A stretch of 38,492 nt of DNA from Candidatus Anderseniibacteriota bacterium (GCA_046350855.1 JAXLZM010000003.1:78311-116802), one strand, 5' to 3'; positions 1-8,631 are shown, numbered from the stretch's first letter. The notes: generated from the sequence alone by a model not told the origin. Made by a program: numbers and translations.

Positions 1-149
1 CCTGCACCGGCGAAGGTCCCAACTCTAATGACGCCAAATAAACCGCGGATTCGCTCTCTGTGAACCCTAACGCCTGCAATAGTTTATTCCAGTCGGCCAT
101 GGGAGTGATTGTAGCAAGTCGCGGGAGCTTTTTCACTCGCGCAGCGCTT

Positions 150-521
150 TTACTCCTCTGCTTTTTCGGCCTCGGCTTTGGTCTTGTGCACCGTCCCATC
201 TTTGTGCTCGGGTGGCGCATAGACCGTGTAGAGCTTCATCTCGCCTTGGTCGGAGTTGATGATGTTGTGCTTGGTGCCAGCCGGGATTACCCCGGCACTA
301 TCCTGCGCGAGTTTGTGTTCTACCCCATTAAGCACCGCTTTGCCATGGCCAATCTCCATCCGGATGAACTGATCCACCTGGTGCGTCTCCTCTCCGATCT
401 CCTCGCCGGGTTTGAGACTCATCAATACAAGCTGGCTGTGCTTGGCGGTATAGAGTACGCGCCTAAAGTCCGTGTTGTCTTTGGTTTCTTGCTCGATTGC
501 GACGATGTAGCCTTTATCCAT
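150..521 (-). CDS. cupin-fold small protein, function unknown
   Basis: 123-aa ORF. Both cupin motifs are readable: G-EEIGEETH...E...G and IPAGTKHNIIN (PxGxxHxxxN). Lys/Glu/Ala-rich tail. The + strand ORF 60..572 is its antisense shadow. Confidence 0.7.
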   Translation of the reverse strand: MDKGYIVAIEQETKDNTDFRRVLYTAKHSQLVLMSLKPGEEIGEETHQVDQFIRMEIGHGKAVLNGVEHKLAQDSAGVIPAGTKHNIINSDQGEMKLYTVYAPPEHKDGTVHKTKAEAEKAEE

Positions 522-559
522 GCAAGAGTAATACCAGGCCGATTGTGTAGATATGGTGA

Positions 560-832
560 TTACTTGTCGTAGACGCGACTTCGATGAGCGATATGAATAA
601 TAAAAAGTATCGTCACTACTCCTTTTGGCTCGAGCCTAAAGATTGCTCTGTAGTCGCCGATTCTAAATCTAAACAATCCTTTGTATTTACCTGTCAGGCC
701 CTTCGCAAAGGAGAGGGGTTGGCTGGCAGCACAGAAATAGGCAATCTTTTTGGCGATACGAACACTGGTCTCTTGATCGAGCTGTTCGAGGAATTCTAAC
801 GACTCAGACGAATAGTCCGGGATATATTTCAT
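560..832 (-). CDS. RelE/ParE-family type II toxin
   Basis: 90-aa ORF with the typical RelE/ParE layout (K..L....P....K.L.G....FRFRIGDYRAIF). Overlaps the upstream antitoxin ORF by 4 nt (829-832). Confidence 0.8.
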   Translation of the reverse strand: MKYIPDYSSESLEFLEQLDQETSVRIAKKIAYFCAASQPLSFAKGLTGKYKGLFRFRIGDYRAIFRLEPKGVVTILFIIHIAHRSRVYDK

Positions 833-1101
833 CGGATACCGAGTCGTTTTTCAACTTCCTCCTGAGAATAGGTACGACCGGCTTTAATGTCTTCTTCTGC
901 ACGAGCAAGCGAGAGAGCCATTTCAGCGTCAAATATCTCTGCTTTGCTAAGAGGTCTCAATTCAAAAATCGGAACATTCTTCTTAAATACCACTAGTCGC
1001 TGATTCTTTTTGAGTGCGTCTGCGGTGATCTTTGCCATATTCTGTCGCAGCTCTTTAAGGCCGATAAAACGAGAGGTCATAGGTTTTGGGCGCGGTTTCA
1101 T
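829..1101 (-). CDS. Phd/YefM-type antitoxin
   Basis: Core FIGLKELRQNMAKITADALKKNQRLVVFKKNVPIFELRPL resembles the Phd/YefM N-terminal fold. The longest ORF (to 1179) would overlap the yraN 3' end, so an internal Met (1101, or alternatively 1080) is preferred as the start. Overlaps the toxin by 4 nt. Confidence 0.65.
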   Translation of the reverse strand: MKPRPKPMTSRFIGLKELRQNMAKITADALKKNQRLVVFKKNVPIFELRPLSKAEIFDAEMALSLARAEEDIKAGRTYSQEEVEKRLGIR

Positions 1102-1153
1102 GGTTGGTTTACTTAAGGTATTAGTGGTGTACCTTAAGTGTACACTTGGTTGG

Positions 1154-1555
1154 TTATTCATCAAGCTGTATCTGAACAAGCTTAGCCGCCCGCGCCGCGA
1201 GATCGAGTTCTACCGCCACAACTAAGATCGCGTAATCGTTGGTGCGCGCATACTTGGGGGCCAAGGACAGGCACGCGCGAGATAGGTGCAGCCGCTTTTT
1301 GCGATCGACGGCCTCCTCCGGGTAGCCAAAGCGGCGCGACGTCCGGGTTTTGACCTCCACAAAGATGGTTATTCCCTCTTTTTGTGCGATGAGGTCGATC
1401 TCGCCGTAACGCGTGCGCACGTTGCGGGCAACGACGGTAAATCCGCGTTCACCCAGCGCGTATGTAACCAGACTCTCCCCGATTTGGCCGAGCTGTTGGT
1501 TAGTTAGGTGCTGGTTGGGGGCCGTTTGTGCCATCCAAGCAGCCTTACACACCAC
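1154..1555 (-). CDS. yraN: YraN-family (UPF0102) endonuclease-like protein
   Basis: 133-aa ORF. GE..V..YL...GF.V.ARN.R...GEIDLIA......FVEVKTR pattern is typical of YraN. Lies downstream of rnhB, a commonly conserved neighbourhood. Confidence 0.8.
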   Translation of the reverse strand: MVCKAAWMAQTAPNQHLTNQQLGQIGESLVTYALGERGFTVVARNVRTRYGEIDLIAQKEGITIFVEVKTRTSRRFGYPEEAVDRKKRLHLSRACLSLAPKYARTNDYAILVVAVELDLAARAAKLVQIQLDE

Positions 1556-1639
1556 TCCTTAAGACAAGATAAGAGATTGTTCATTCGGGGTGAACAACTC
1601 TGCGAAAACGTTTACTGCTCTCGCTTAAAAGCGCAGTCC

Positions 1640-2485
1640 TTAGCGCTTGATCGCTAGGGCGCGACGGAAACCGGCCGTCAGTCCGCCAAATCCACCGCGT
1701 TTTGCTTTTGGAGCGGCAGGTGCGGGTCGAGCGACGGCAACTTTTATAGAGGCGAGTGCTGGAACGCTCTCGGTAATTTTTTGGGCGGGTTTGACCCCGA
1801 GCTTGGCGTCTGGTTTGGCTGCTTTGAACTGCCTGTTAAAACGGAGCTTAAAGCTAAAAGCACGTGCCTTTTTAGGCTTTTGCTCCGTAACGGCCTGCTT
1901 GTCCGAGAGTTTACTCGCGGCCACCGTGACGCTCGCTAGCGTACGGGCAGATTTCTTTGCCGCCTTGGCCGCTTTGATCGCGGGTTCAACCAGAGTAGGC
2001 AAATCGACGGCCGGAATTGGATCAACGTACTTTTTAGCCTGGAGCAGCACCGAAACAGGCGTGGCACAGTACGGGCAACGCTTCCACGCGATATTCAAAA
2101 TCTCGCCACACTCACAGACCGGCTTGAACTCCACGTTGCAGCTCGGGCAATGGGCAAAATCACGATCGACCACCGCAAAACACTGCGGACACTCAAACTT
2201 TTTGGCAGCCTCGATTAGCAACAAGACGTCGCGACGTTCATCCGCCCGCTCGGCAAAGGTCTGACGCGGACGCAGCACCAAATACGGTAAAAAGCCCGCA
2301 AACCCAAAGACCAACACAAAAACTGGGGCAAAAAAGCGGGCCAACGCATTATTAGTGCGCTGTTTGATGTCCCGCCCGGTCCAAACCGCCAAAATGACCG
2401 ACAAGGTCACCAGATACAAGCCAAAAATCCCCGCAACTGAGCTAAAAAACCAGGGGTTGTTGACGATATTGATCAGGTTCTCCAT
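1640..2485 (-). CDS. membrane protein: PLDc_N-like two-TM N-terminus, double zinc ribbon, long Lys/Ala/Pro tail
   Basis: Two N-terminal hydrophobic helices with W.GRDI...LPYLVLRPR. Cys pairs CPQC...CPSC and CECG...CPYC. About 130 aa of low-complexity K/A/P-rich C-terminus. Confidence 0.55.
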   Translation of the reverse strand: MENLINIVNNPWFFSSVAGIFGLYLVTLSVILAVWTGRDIKQRTNNALARFFAPVFVLVFGFAGFLPYLVLRPRQTFAERADERRDVLLLIEAAKKFECPQCFAVVDRDFAHCPSCNVEFKPVCECGEILNIAWKRCPYCATPVSVLLQAKKYVDPIPAVDLPTLVEPAIKAAKAAKKSARTLASVTVAASKLSDKQAVTEQKPKKARAFSFKLRFNRQFKAAKPDAKLGVKPAQKITESVPALASIKVAVARPAPAAPKAKRGGFGGLTAGFRRALAIKR

Positions 2486-2531
2486 ACGGGTAAATAAAGC
2501 GAAGGGTTGCGATTACTTAAAGCGATGTCCC

Positions 2532-3209
2532 CTACGTTGGCCTCCGATACTCCAGCACGTAGTGAAAATCATCGAGCTTATGCTCACGTTCTAGCTGCAA
2601 TCCTACAGATTTTCCCAAGTCCAGCAACTGCTGACGGGTAACCAGGTTCTCTTTGGTGGGTCCGACCATCGTGCTGGGCGTGTTGGCCTCGCACCATTCC
2701 GCTACCATCACCAATCCGCTGGGCTTGGTCACGCGCACCGCCTCCTTAAAGATCGCCTCATGATTTTTTTGCTGGCAGAGCACTTTAAAGAGCAAGGTTA
2801 CGTCCGTAGCTTTATCCCGTATACCGGTTGAACCCGCGACTTCCAGGTCGGCCCAGATCGTTTGGATGTTGGGCAAGTTGTAGAGCTTGGCTTGACTCCG
2901 GATACTGGCAAGGTTGTCTTTGAGAATGTCGACCGCGTAGACCATGCCTTGCGACCCCACTTGAAGCGCTGCTGGGATGGTTAAGTAGCCTCCCCCGCAG
3001 CCGAGGTCAGCCACGACGTTGCCAGGTTTGAGATGCGCCTCTTTGAGAGCGACCTCCGGCTTAAGAAAAATCAGTTTGGGTAAGCCGTCGACTTCAAAGG
3101 GGCGACCGTTGTCTTGCGTGAGACGCTCAGCAAGTTTGCTGTCTTTTTTGGGGTCGACCTTAGCGCTTGCGGTTTTGCTGGTTGAGGTGTTCGGCCGGGA
3201 AGTAGCCAT
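2532..3209 (-). CDS. class I SAM-dependent methyltransferase
   Basis: Motif I VADLGCGGGYLT, followed by VYAVDI and a post-II-like segment. The first 40 aa or so are S/T/K-rich and look disordered. Confidence 0.75.
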   Translation of the reverse strand: MATSRPNTSTSKTASAKVDPKKDSKLAERLTQDNGRPFEVDGLPKLIFLKPEVALKEAHLKPGNVVADLGCGGGYLTIPAALQVGSQGMVYAVDILKDNLASIRSQAKLYNLPNIQTIWADLEVAGSTGIRDKATDVTLLFKVLCQQKNHEAIFKEAVRVTKPSGLVMVAEWCEANTPSTMVGPTKENLVTRQQLLDLGKSVGLQLEREHKLDDFHYVLEYRRPT

Positions 3210-3222
3210 GCGTCATATAGTA

Positions 3223-3990
3223 CTACGGGCGAGCTGGTTCTGCCTGCGTATGCTTGAGCTGAGCAAAGTAGCGCTTAGCAGCTTGAGTCTGGGGACGTTT
3301 ACCGGCCTGCCAATCGCGCAACCAGCCGTAGCGCATACGATGGATCGGTAAAATACCGTGGGCCAGAATGGCCTGCTGATGCTGTTCGGTGCCGTACCCC
3401 TTGTGCTGCTGAAATCCGTACTGCGGATAGACCGGGGCAAATTTGGTCATGAGTTTGTCGCGGTACTGCTTAGCCACGATCGAGGCCGCTGCGATACATT
3501 TTGATTTTTGGTCACCATCTACGATGGCCTTGTGCTTGTAGGCAAATTGTTTGATGGGTAAGCCGTCGAGCAACACGATCTCGGGCTGCGGATTGAGTTG
3601 CCGAAGCGCCCGTAGGTACGCTAAGTGCAGCGCCTTGGTCAATCCAAGTCGGTTGATCTCTTCGATCGAGCCCTCACCAATGCCGATACTGACCGCGCAG
3701 AGTCTGATCTCGTTACGGAGCTGCTCACGCTGGGTCTCGCTCAAGTTTTTTGAGTCAAACATCGTGCCAAGACTGACCTCACGTGGGTTGCGCGGCAAAA
3801 TGACGGCCGCGGCGACCACGGGCCCGGCCCAGGCGCCGCGGCCGACTTCGTCGAGTCCGGCTATAACCCGGTGGCCTTGGCGGTAGAGTTGGTTCTCCGG
3901 CCGCAGGCTCGCGCGTGCGACTTTGCGCTTTTTAACGCGAATACCGAATCGGGTCATACGCTGTAGACGGTAGCGCAGGTGGCACGACAA
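3223..3990 (-). CDS. rnhB: ribonuclease HII
   Basis: IAGLDEVGRGAWAGPVVAAAVIL, DSKNLS, IVLLDG and AASIVAK motifs. The start is uncertain (3990 or the Met at 3957). Either start overlaps the 3' end of the upstream sensor gene. Confidence 0.9.
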   Translation of the reverse strand: MSCHLRYRLQRMTRFGIRVKKRKVARASLRPENQLYRQGHRVIAGLDEVGRGAWAGPVVAAAVILPRNPREVSLGTMFDSKNLSETQREQLRNEIRLCAVSIGIGEGSIEEINRLGLTKALHLAYLRALRQLNPQPEIVLLDGLPIKQFAYKHKAIVDGDQKSKCIAAASIVAKQYRDKLMTKFAPVYPQYGFQQHKGYGTEQHQQAILAHGILPIHRMRYGWLRDWQAGKRPQTQAAKRYFAQLKHTQAEPARP

Positions 3991-5518
3991 CGGGAGAGGG
4001 ACCGAGCGGGATGGGGCTGGTCGGCTTTGGGACTTGCTTTACTACCGGTCGGGTACCCCGGCCGCGCTCGCGCCGCACGGTTGAGAGAGTTTTTTCCAGA
4101 TCGATGGCGAGCGCGGCGTGATTTGCCAGAGCTAGCAAAAAGTTTTGTTCGTGCATCGAGAACTCGCGCTGCTCCCGCAAGTGGATCGAGAGCACGCCGA
4201 TGGTTTTACCACGGGAACGCAGTGCCACGGCGCAGAGTTGCTGGAGATTGAGCCCCTTACGCAGCTCCGGCCAGTAAAAATCCGTGTCGTGCACCAAGTT
4301 GACGATGAGGAGTCGGCGGTTCTCCCGGAGGACTTTACCGATGATGCTGCCGTCGACCGGGACGTTGACGTATTTTTTGGTGGCCGAACCATCCAACCCA
4401 AATTGCGCGGCAAGTTTAAGTTGCTCGCCATCGAGTAAGCGCAAGGTGGTGAGACGAGCGCGGGTGAGCATGGCGGCTGAGCGCACGATAAAATCCAGCA
4501 TTTTGTCGAGCGAGAGGCGTGAGGAGAGGGTCGTGTTGATATCGACCAACGAGGCAAACTGGCGATTGACTCGGCCGATGTACTCGTAGGCCTCCTCGAG
4601 TTCTTTAAGACGTGTGGTCAAGTCACGATTTTGGGCGCGGAGCTGTTCTTCTAGATCTACGCGAGCGGTAACGTCCTCGAGCATCTGGACCACACCGGTG
4701 ATGCGGCCGTGTTCATCCTTTACCGGAGCGAGGGTAACGTCGAGGTACTGTAGTCCGTTGCTACTCTCGTAGCGGCGGCGAGCAAAGTGGGCCGTCTCCC
4801 CCACCTGGATGGCTCGCATAAAGGCCTGGCGGAACTCATCAGCTTGGCGGTAGGCGTAGTCGTAGTAGAGGCGTTTACCAATGACCTGCTCGGCGGATTT
4901 ACCGGAGATTTTTTGCTGGATGCCGTTAAAGTGTGTGATGTACCCCTGGCGATCGGTTACGAGGATTCCCACTGGGCAGCTGCCGACGACCGAGCGCACC
5001 GCTTGGATCTCTTGTGTGTACTGACTGGTGAGTTGTCTAAAGGCGTTGCGGCGGCGCTCGCCAAAGAGGAGAGCGCACTCCACTTGGAGCGTGCTAAAGA
5101 CGCGGTCAAAGTAGTAGAGCGCTGGGATGGCGGGGATGGTTGGATCGGCAATCAGGGAGCGACGGATCAGCATGCCGAGCGTGTCGAGCTTGGTGAGAAG
5201 TGGCAAGAGACTGCGCTCGTGGTCGAGCACCTCGTGGTGGTTGGCGGCAAAATCCGTGACCACGTCGTGGAGACGGTTATCACGAAGGGCTGCGACAAGT
5301 TTACGAAAAGTCAGATCGAGGGCGCGGTAGGTCAGAGCGGTAAAGGCCGGGTCGGGGAGGTTGCTCGCAGTGGGGAGGTTGAGGCGCGCGCGCAGTTGCT
5401 TGACCCACTCTAAAACGAGGGTACGACGGTGTTTATCAAGATGTTGTGCACAGGCAAAACGGAGGGCGTCAAGGCTACCTGCTCCCTCCTTACCGGCGTT
5501 TTGCGCTGTATTGACCAT
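3932..5518 (-). CDS. cytoplasmic sensor protein: helical N-domain, PAS, coiled coil, GAF, Pro-rich tail; no output domain
   Basis: PAS-like block ILVTDRQGYITHFN...SGKSAEQVIGK...VTLAPVKDEHGRITGVVQMLEDVT. Heptad linker. GAF-like block LDKMLDFIVRSAAMLT...GSIIGKVL...ALRSRGKTIGVLSIH. No kinase, GGDEF, EAL or HTH motif is visible. Confidence 0.75.
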   Translation of the reverse strand: MVNTAQNAGKEGAGSLDALRFACAQHLDKHRRTLVLEWVKQLRARLNLPTASNLPDPAFTALTYRALDLTFRKLVAALRDNRLHDVVTDFAANHHEVLDHERSLLPLLTKLDTLGMLIRRSLIADPTIPAIPALYYFDRVFSTLQVECALLFGERRRNAFRQLTSQYTQEIQAVRSVVGSCPVGILVTDRQGYITHFNGIQQKISGKSAEQVIGKRLYYDYAYRQADEFRQAFMRAIQVGETAHFARRRYESSNGLQYLDVTLAPVKDEHGRITGVVQMLEDVTARVDLEEQLRAQNRDLTTRLKELEEAYEYIGRVNRQFASLVDINTTLSSRLSLDKMLDFIVRSAAMLTRARLTTLRLLDGEQLKLAAQFGLDGSATKKYVNVPVDGSIIGKVLRENRRLLIVNLVHDTDFYWPELRKGLNLQQLCAVALRSRGKTIGVLSIHLREQREFSMHEQNFLLALANHAALAIDLEKTLSTVRRERGRGTRPVVKQVPKPTSPIPLGPSPVVVPPALPSTAYDPIRYSR

Positions 5519-5560
5519 TTTTAGCTCAGTTTGACCATAGCACGGTCGCCCGTGTTTTTT

Positions 5561-5590
5561 AATCTTTTCTTAAGGTTGGTACGGTATAAC
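5561..5590 (+). promoter_or_regulatory. putative promoter with shared motif AATCTTTTCTTAAGG-N9-TATAAC
   Basis: 15-nt motif at 5561-5575, then 9 nt, then a -10-like TATAAC at 5585-5590, about 30 nt upstream of ATG 5620. The same architecture recurs at 6927-6956. Confidence 0.45.
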
Positions 5591-5619
5591 CGGCTCACTT
5601 AGTTATTAACTCTTAATCT

Positions 5620-6843
5620 ATGTTTTTCTTTTCCCTACAGCGCGTCGTGGCGCCTAAAGAGCTTGCCCGTTGGCTTCCTCGGCGTAAACGTCGCACAAGC
5701 TTAAGCAGATTTAACACCGTGCGCAATTCCACTTTTAGAGCGATCACAAAGTCACTCTTGGCACTGGGCCTCGTTGCTGCCGTAGCACTGCCGACGGCCT
5801 CTCAAGCCATGGTTCAGCCGGCACAGTATTGGCTGAACGGTGGAGTTATTCGCTTGATGGGTGCTGATCGTTATGAAACGGCCGTAAGAGTCAGTGAATT
5901 TGAGTTTGGAGGACAAGGATTCGCAGATAAAATTGTGATTGCTTCGGGCGAAAACTTTCCTGATGCGTTGGTGGCAGCACCTTTAGCTGCAAAGCTACAT
6001 GCTCCTCTCTTATTGACGCGCCGTGATGCTTTGCCTGAGATTACACGACGAAATCTCAAGTGGGTTTTCAATGGCAAAAAAGACACGGAGCCTGATGTGT
6101 TCGTGATCGGCGGAGAGAACGTCATCAGCCAATCGGTGATTGACGCAATCAAGGCACAAAATGCCAATATTAATGTAACTCGCATCCAGGGCAAAAATCG
6201 TTCGGAGACTTCAACAAACGTTGCCAATCAAATGGGTTGGCCAGCGGTGCAACGAGTTGCGATCGTAAATGGAACAAAATTTGCTGATGCAGTAATAGCG
6301 TCGGCGCCCGCGAGTGATAAGGCGGTTGATCCAAATCTAATACCAATTCTACTTAACATAAGCGCGCAATCACTGGATCCGATTATTAAATCAGCTTTAG
6401 AGGATGGATTTAAAAATGGGCTTACAACCATAGATATCTTTGGAGGTGCACAGGTGTTGAACCCACTACTGGAGCAGGAAATCCGTGATCTCGCGACCAG
6501 TCACGGGGTTGCCGCAACGATTAATCGTTTTGGTGGTTTAACTCGCTATGATACGTCCGCCGAGGTAGCCGAAGCGTTCTTTAGAAATGGAGTAACTAAA
6601 TCGTTTGGAATCGCCTCGGGCGAGTCATTTGCGGATGCATTAGTGGGTGGTAGGGATACGGGAGAGGCGTCTCAGTCAAACCAAGGGCAAGTCTTGTTAC
6701 TCGTTAAAAAAGACCAAATCCCTAGTGCAGTGACTAATTTTCTTGAAACGTTTAAAGATCGCCTGAATTCTGGAGTTGTATACGGCGGATACGCCGCGGT
6801 CAGCGAATCCGTTAAAGAAACAGCAGAAGACTATATCGACTAG
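5620..6843 (+). CDS. secreted protein with three cell-wall-binding repeat 2 (CWB2) modules
   Basis: Signal-like segment ITKSLLALGLVAAVALPTASQA. Three repeats of the G.(D/N)R(Y/S)(E/D)T...ASGE.F(P/A)DAL type. By eye the GC content is lower than in flanking genes. Confidence 0.75.
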   Translation: MFFFSLQRVVAPKELARWLPRRKRRTSLSRFNTVRNSTFRAITKSLLALGLVAAVALPTASQAMVQPAQYWLNGGVIRLMGADRYETAVRVSEFEFGGQGFADKIVIASGENFPDALVAAPLAAKLHAPLLLTRRDALPEITRRNLKWVFNGKKDTEPDVFVIGGENVISQSVIDAIKAQNANINVTRIQGKNRSETSTNVANQMGWPAVQRVAIVNGTKFADAVIASAPASDKAVDPNLIPILLNISAQSLDPIIKSALEDGFKNGLTTIDIFGGAQVLNPLLEQEIRDLATSHGVAATINRFGGLTRYDTSAEVAEAFFRNGVTKSFGIASGESFADALVGGRDTGEASQSNQGQVLLLVKKDQIPSAVTNFLETFKDRLNSGVVYGGYAAVSESVKETAEDYID

Positions 6844-6861
6844 CCACTAGCACGCTAAAAA

Positions 6862-6890
6862 AGAACCCGCACGAAGCGGGTTCTTTTTTA
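6862..6890 (+). terminator. rho-independent terminator
   Basis: AGAACCCGC-acgaa-GCGGGTTCT hairpin (9 bp) followed by TTTTT. Confidence 0.85.
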
Positions 6891-6905
6891 TATTTTGATT
6901 TTTTT

Positions 6906-6956
6906 ATCTTTTCTTAAGCGACTTCTAATCATTTCTTAAGGAAGGAAATTTAATAC
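6906..6956 (+). promoter_or_regulatory. putative promoter with two copies of the shared motif
   Basis: ATCTTTTCTTAAG at 6906-6918 is 13/13 identical to 5562-5574. AATCATTTCTTAAGG at 6927-6941 matches 5561-5575 at 14/15, followed by N9 and TAATAC at 6951-6956. Confidence 0.45.
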
Positions 6957-7006
6957 TAACCGCAGGTGTAAAACGCACCTTACCAATGAGAAACGAGGTG
7001 ACACGT

Positions 7007-8506
7007 ATGTACAGGACAACGGTGCGGGTTTCGCTGATTCTTTGGTTCAATTCTATGGCACTGGCCGGGCCATTTACGCTTCCGTTCAAAAACCAGAACA
7101 CGCCCCTCTGGCAGGGCTGGACGTATACCGATGGCAATTACCACGGTGCAATCGACTTTGGTTGCAGCTGCGGCACTGAAATCGTTGCCGTAGCAGATGG
7201 TTGGGCAAGCGCCTGGTACCAGCCCTATGACCCAAATGGAGGCGGTTACAGTTGGGGCGAATATGTGTTGATGTACCACCCGAGCTGTAACTGCTATACG
7301 ATCTCGACTCATCTTTCTCAACAACTTGCCTCTATCCCGTATAACTTCCAAACTCAGTATCACCCTGGCGGAAGTTGGGTGTGGATCAAAGCTGGTGAGA
7401 TCATTGGCTGGGCCGGGGCAACCGGGACTAGCGAGTGCCACTTACACTTTGAGATCGGCACTGATGGTCTCCCCAATACGACAAACAGGAGAGATCCGTA
7501 CGGCCTCTACGCTATGGCTCCATCCTATCCGGGCTGTGGCGACAGTGGTAGTAACTACTACTATTGGAAGGATTGCCCACCAAAGGTTCCAGAAGCACAG
7601 TTTACCTGCGGCAACCCCGGACCATTTGTCGATATCGCCAAGGCGGGTGACTTTGACGGAAACGGCAAAAAAGAGCCGATCCGTTTTTACAAAGGGCCCG
7701 GTAAATGGGACGCGATGCTGAGTAACGGTACCAAGTTTTTACCGTTGAGTCAGTGGTTTTGTGGACTGGGGATCGACTCAGAGGCGCAGATGGTGGGTGA
7801 CATCAACGGAGACAAGCGCACTGATCTCGTCGTGCTACAGAACAACGCTTACGGTGATATCTACGTGGCGACTTCGACTGGCGGCAAGTTCAACGACTAC
7901 TACAACGCGGGCAACGGTCTGATGAAAAACATGACCAACCGTTTTGTGGGCGACGTGGATGGTAACGGTCGCGAGGACCTGATCGGCTGGGCCAACGGCA
8001 AATGGTACGTCTCCCTCGGCAACGGGTTTACCTTTGGACCGCAAGCACTGGTACGTAGCGACAATCCGGGTTCGACCAAACGCATGGTGGGAGATGTCAA
8101 TGGGGACGGCAGGGTCGACTTGATCATTTTCTTTTCGTGGGGGACCTGGTGGGTGGCGCTTGGACAGTCCAACGGAACTTTCTCCAGCTTTACGGTCTGG
8201 GAAACCGGGCACGGTGTAGGTGCCTCTGACTGGTTTGTGGCCGATATCGGTGGCGACAAAAAAGCTGATGCGATCTGCTTTTGGAAAAACACTGGCACGG
8301 TCGTGGTGCACGACTCGACGGGCAGCTCCTTTGATGGAACGGACGACCCCCGTGCGATCGGGCATGGCACCAACTCCCAAAAGCAGCTCTTTGGGGACTT
8401 TACCGGCGATGGTAAAGCCGACTTTGGGTTTTGGTACGCGTCGGGTGACGACTGGCGCGTCTCCAAAAGCGATGGCTGGGGATTCTTAGTACCGACCCAG
8501 TGGTAA
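7007..8506 (+). CDS. secreted M23 (LytM-type) metallopeptidase fused to an FG-GAP repeat beta-propeller
   Basis: M23 motifs HGAID (HxxxD) and HLHFE (HxH). Six Ca-binding-like repeats: GDFDGNGKKE, GDINGDKRTD, GDVDGNGRED, GDVNGDGRVD, ADIGGDKKAD, GDFTGDGKAD. The start at 7007 has a GAGGTG Shine-Dalgarno at 6995-7000. The ORF track start is 6986. Confidence 0.8.
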   Translation: MYRTTVRVSLILWFNSMALAGPFTLPFKNQNTPLWQGWTYTDGNYHGAIDFGCSCGTEIVAVADGWASAWYQPYDPNGGGYSWGEYVLMYHPSCNCYTISTHLSQQLASIPYNFQTQYHPGGSWVWIKAGEIIGWAGATGTSECHLHFEIGTDGLPNTTNRRDPYGLYAMAPSYPGCGDSGSNYYYWKDCPPKVPEAQFTCGNPGPFVDIAKAGDFDGNGKKEPIRFYKGPGKWDAMLSNGTKFLPLSQWFCGLGIDSEAQMVGDINGDKRTDLVVLQNNAYGDIYVATSTGGKFNDYYNAGNGLMKNMTNRFVGDVDGNGREDLIGWANGKWYVSLGNGFTFGPQALVRSDNPGSTKRMVGDVNGDGRVDLIIFFSWGTWWVALGQSNGTFSSFTVWETGHGVGASDWFVADIGGDKKADAICFWKNTGTVVVHDSTGSSFDGTDDPRAIGHGTNSQKQLFGDFTGDGKADFGFWYASGDDWRVSKSDGWGFLVPTQW

Positions 8507-8531
8507 ATCACGGTCGAACCAGACAGGCAAT

Positions 8532-8568
8532 GGGCAGATACAAACTAATGTGTCTGCCCGATTTTTTT
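8532..8568 (+). terminator. rho-independent terminator
   Basis: GGGCAGA...TCTGCCC stem followed by a run of seven T. Confidence 0.75.
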
Positions 8569-8631
8569 CATTCTGCAAAAACACACTTTGACCGACCAGC
8601 CACATCCTGCTTGAATGCGAACAGACAATTT

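Noticed and set aside
60-572. 170-aa plus-strand ORF at the left edge.
   Set aside because: It is the antisense shadow of the cupin gene (150..521, minus strand), which has both cupin motifs. The plus-strand translation has no recognisable features.
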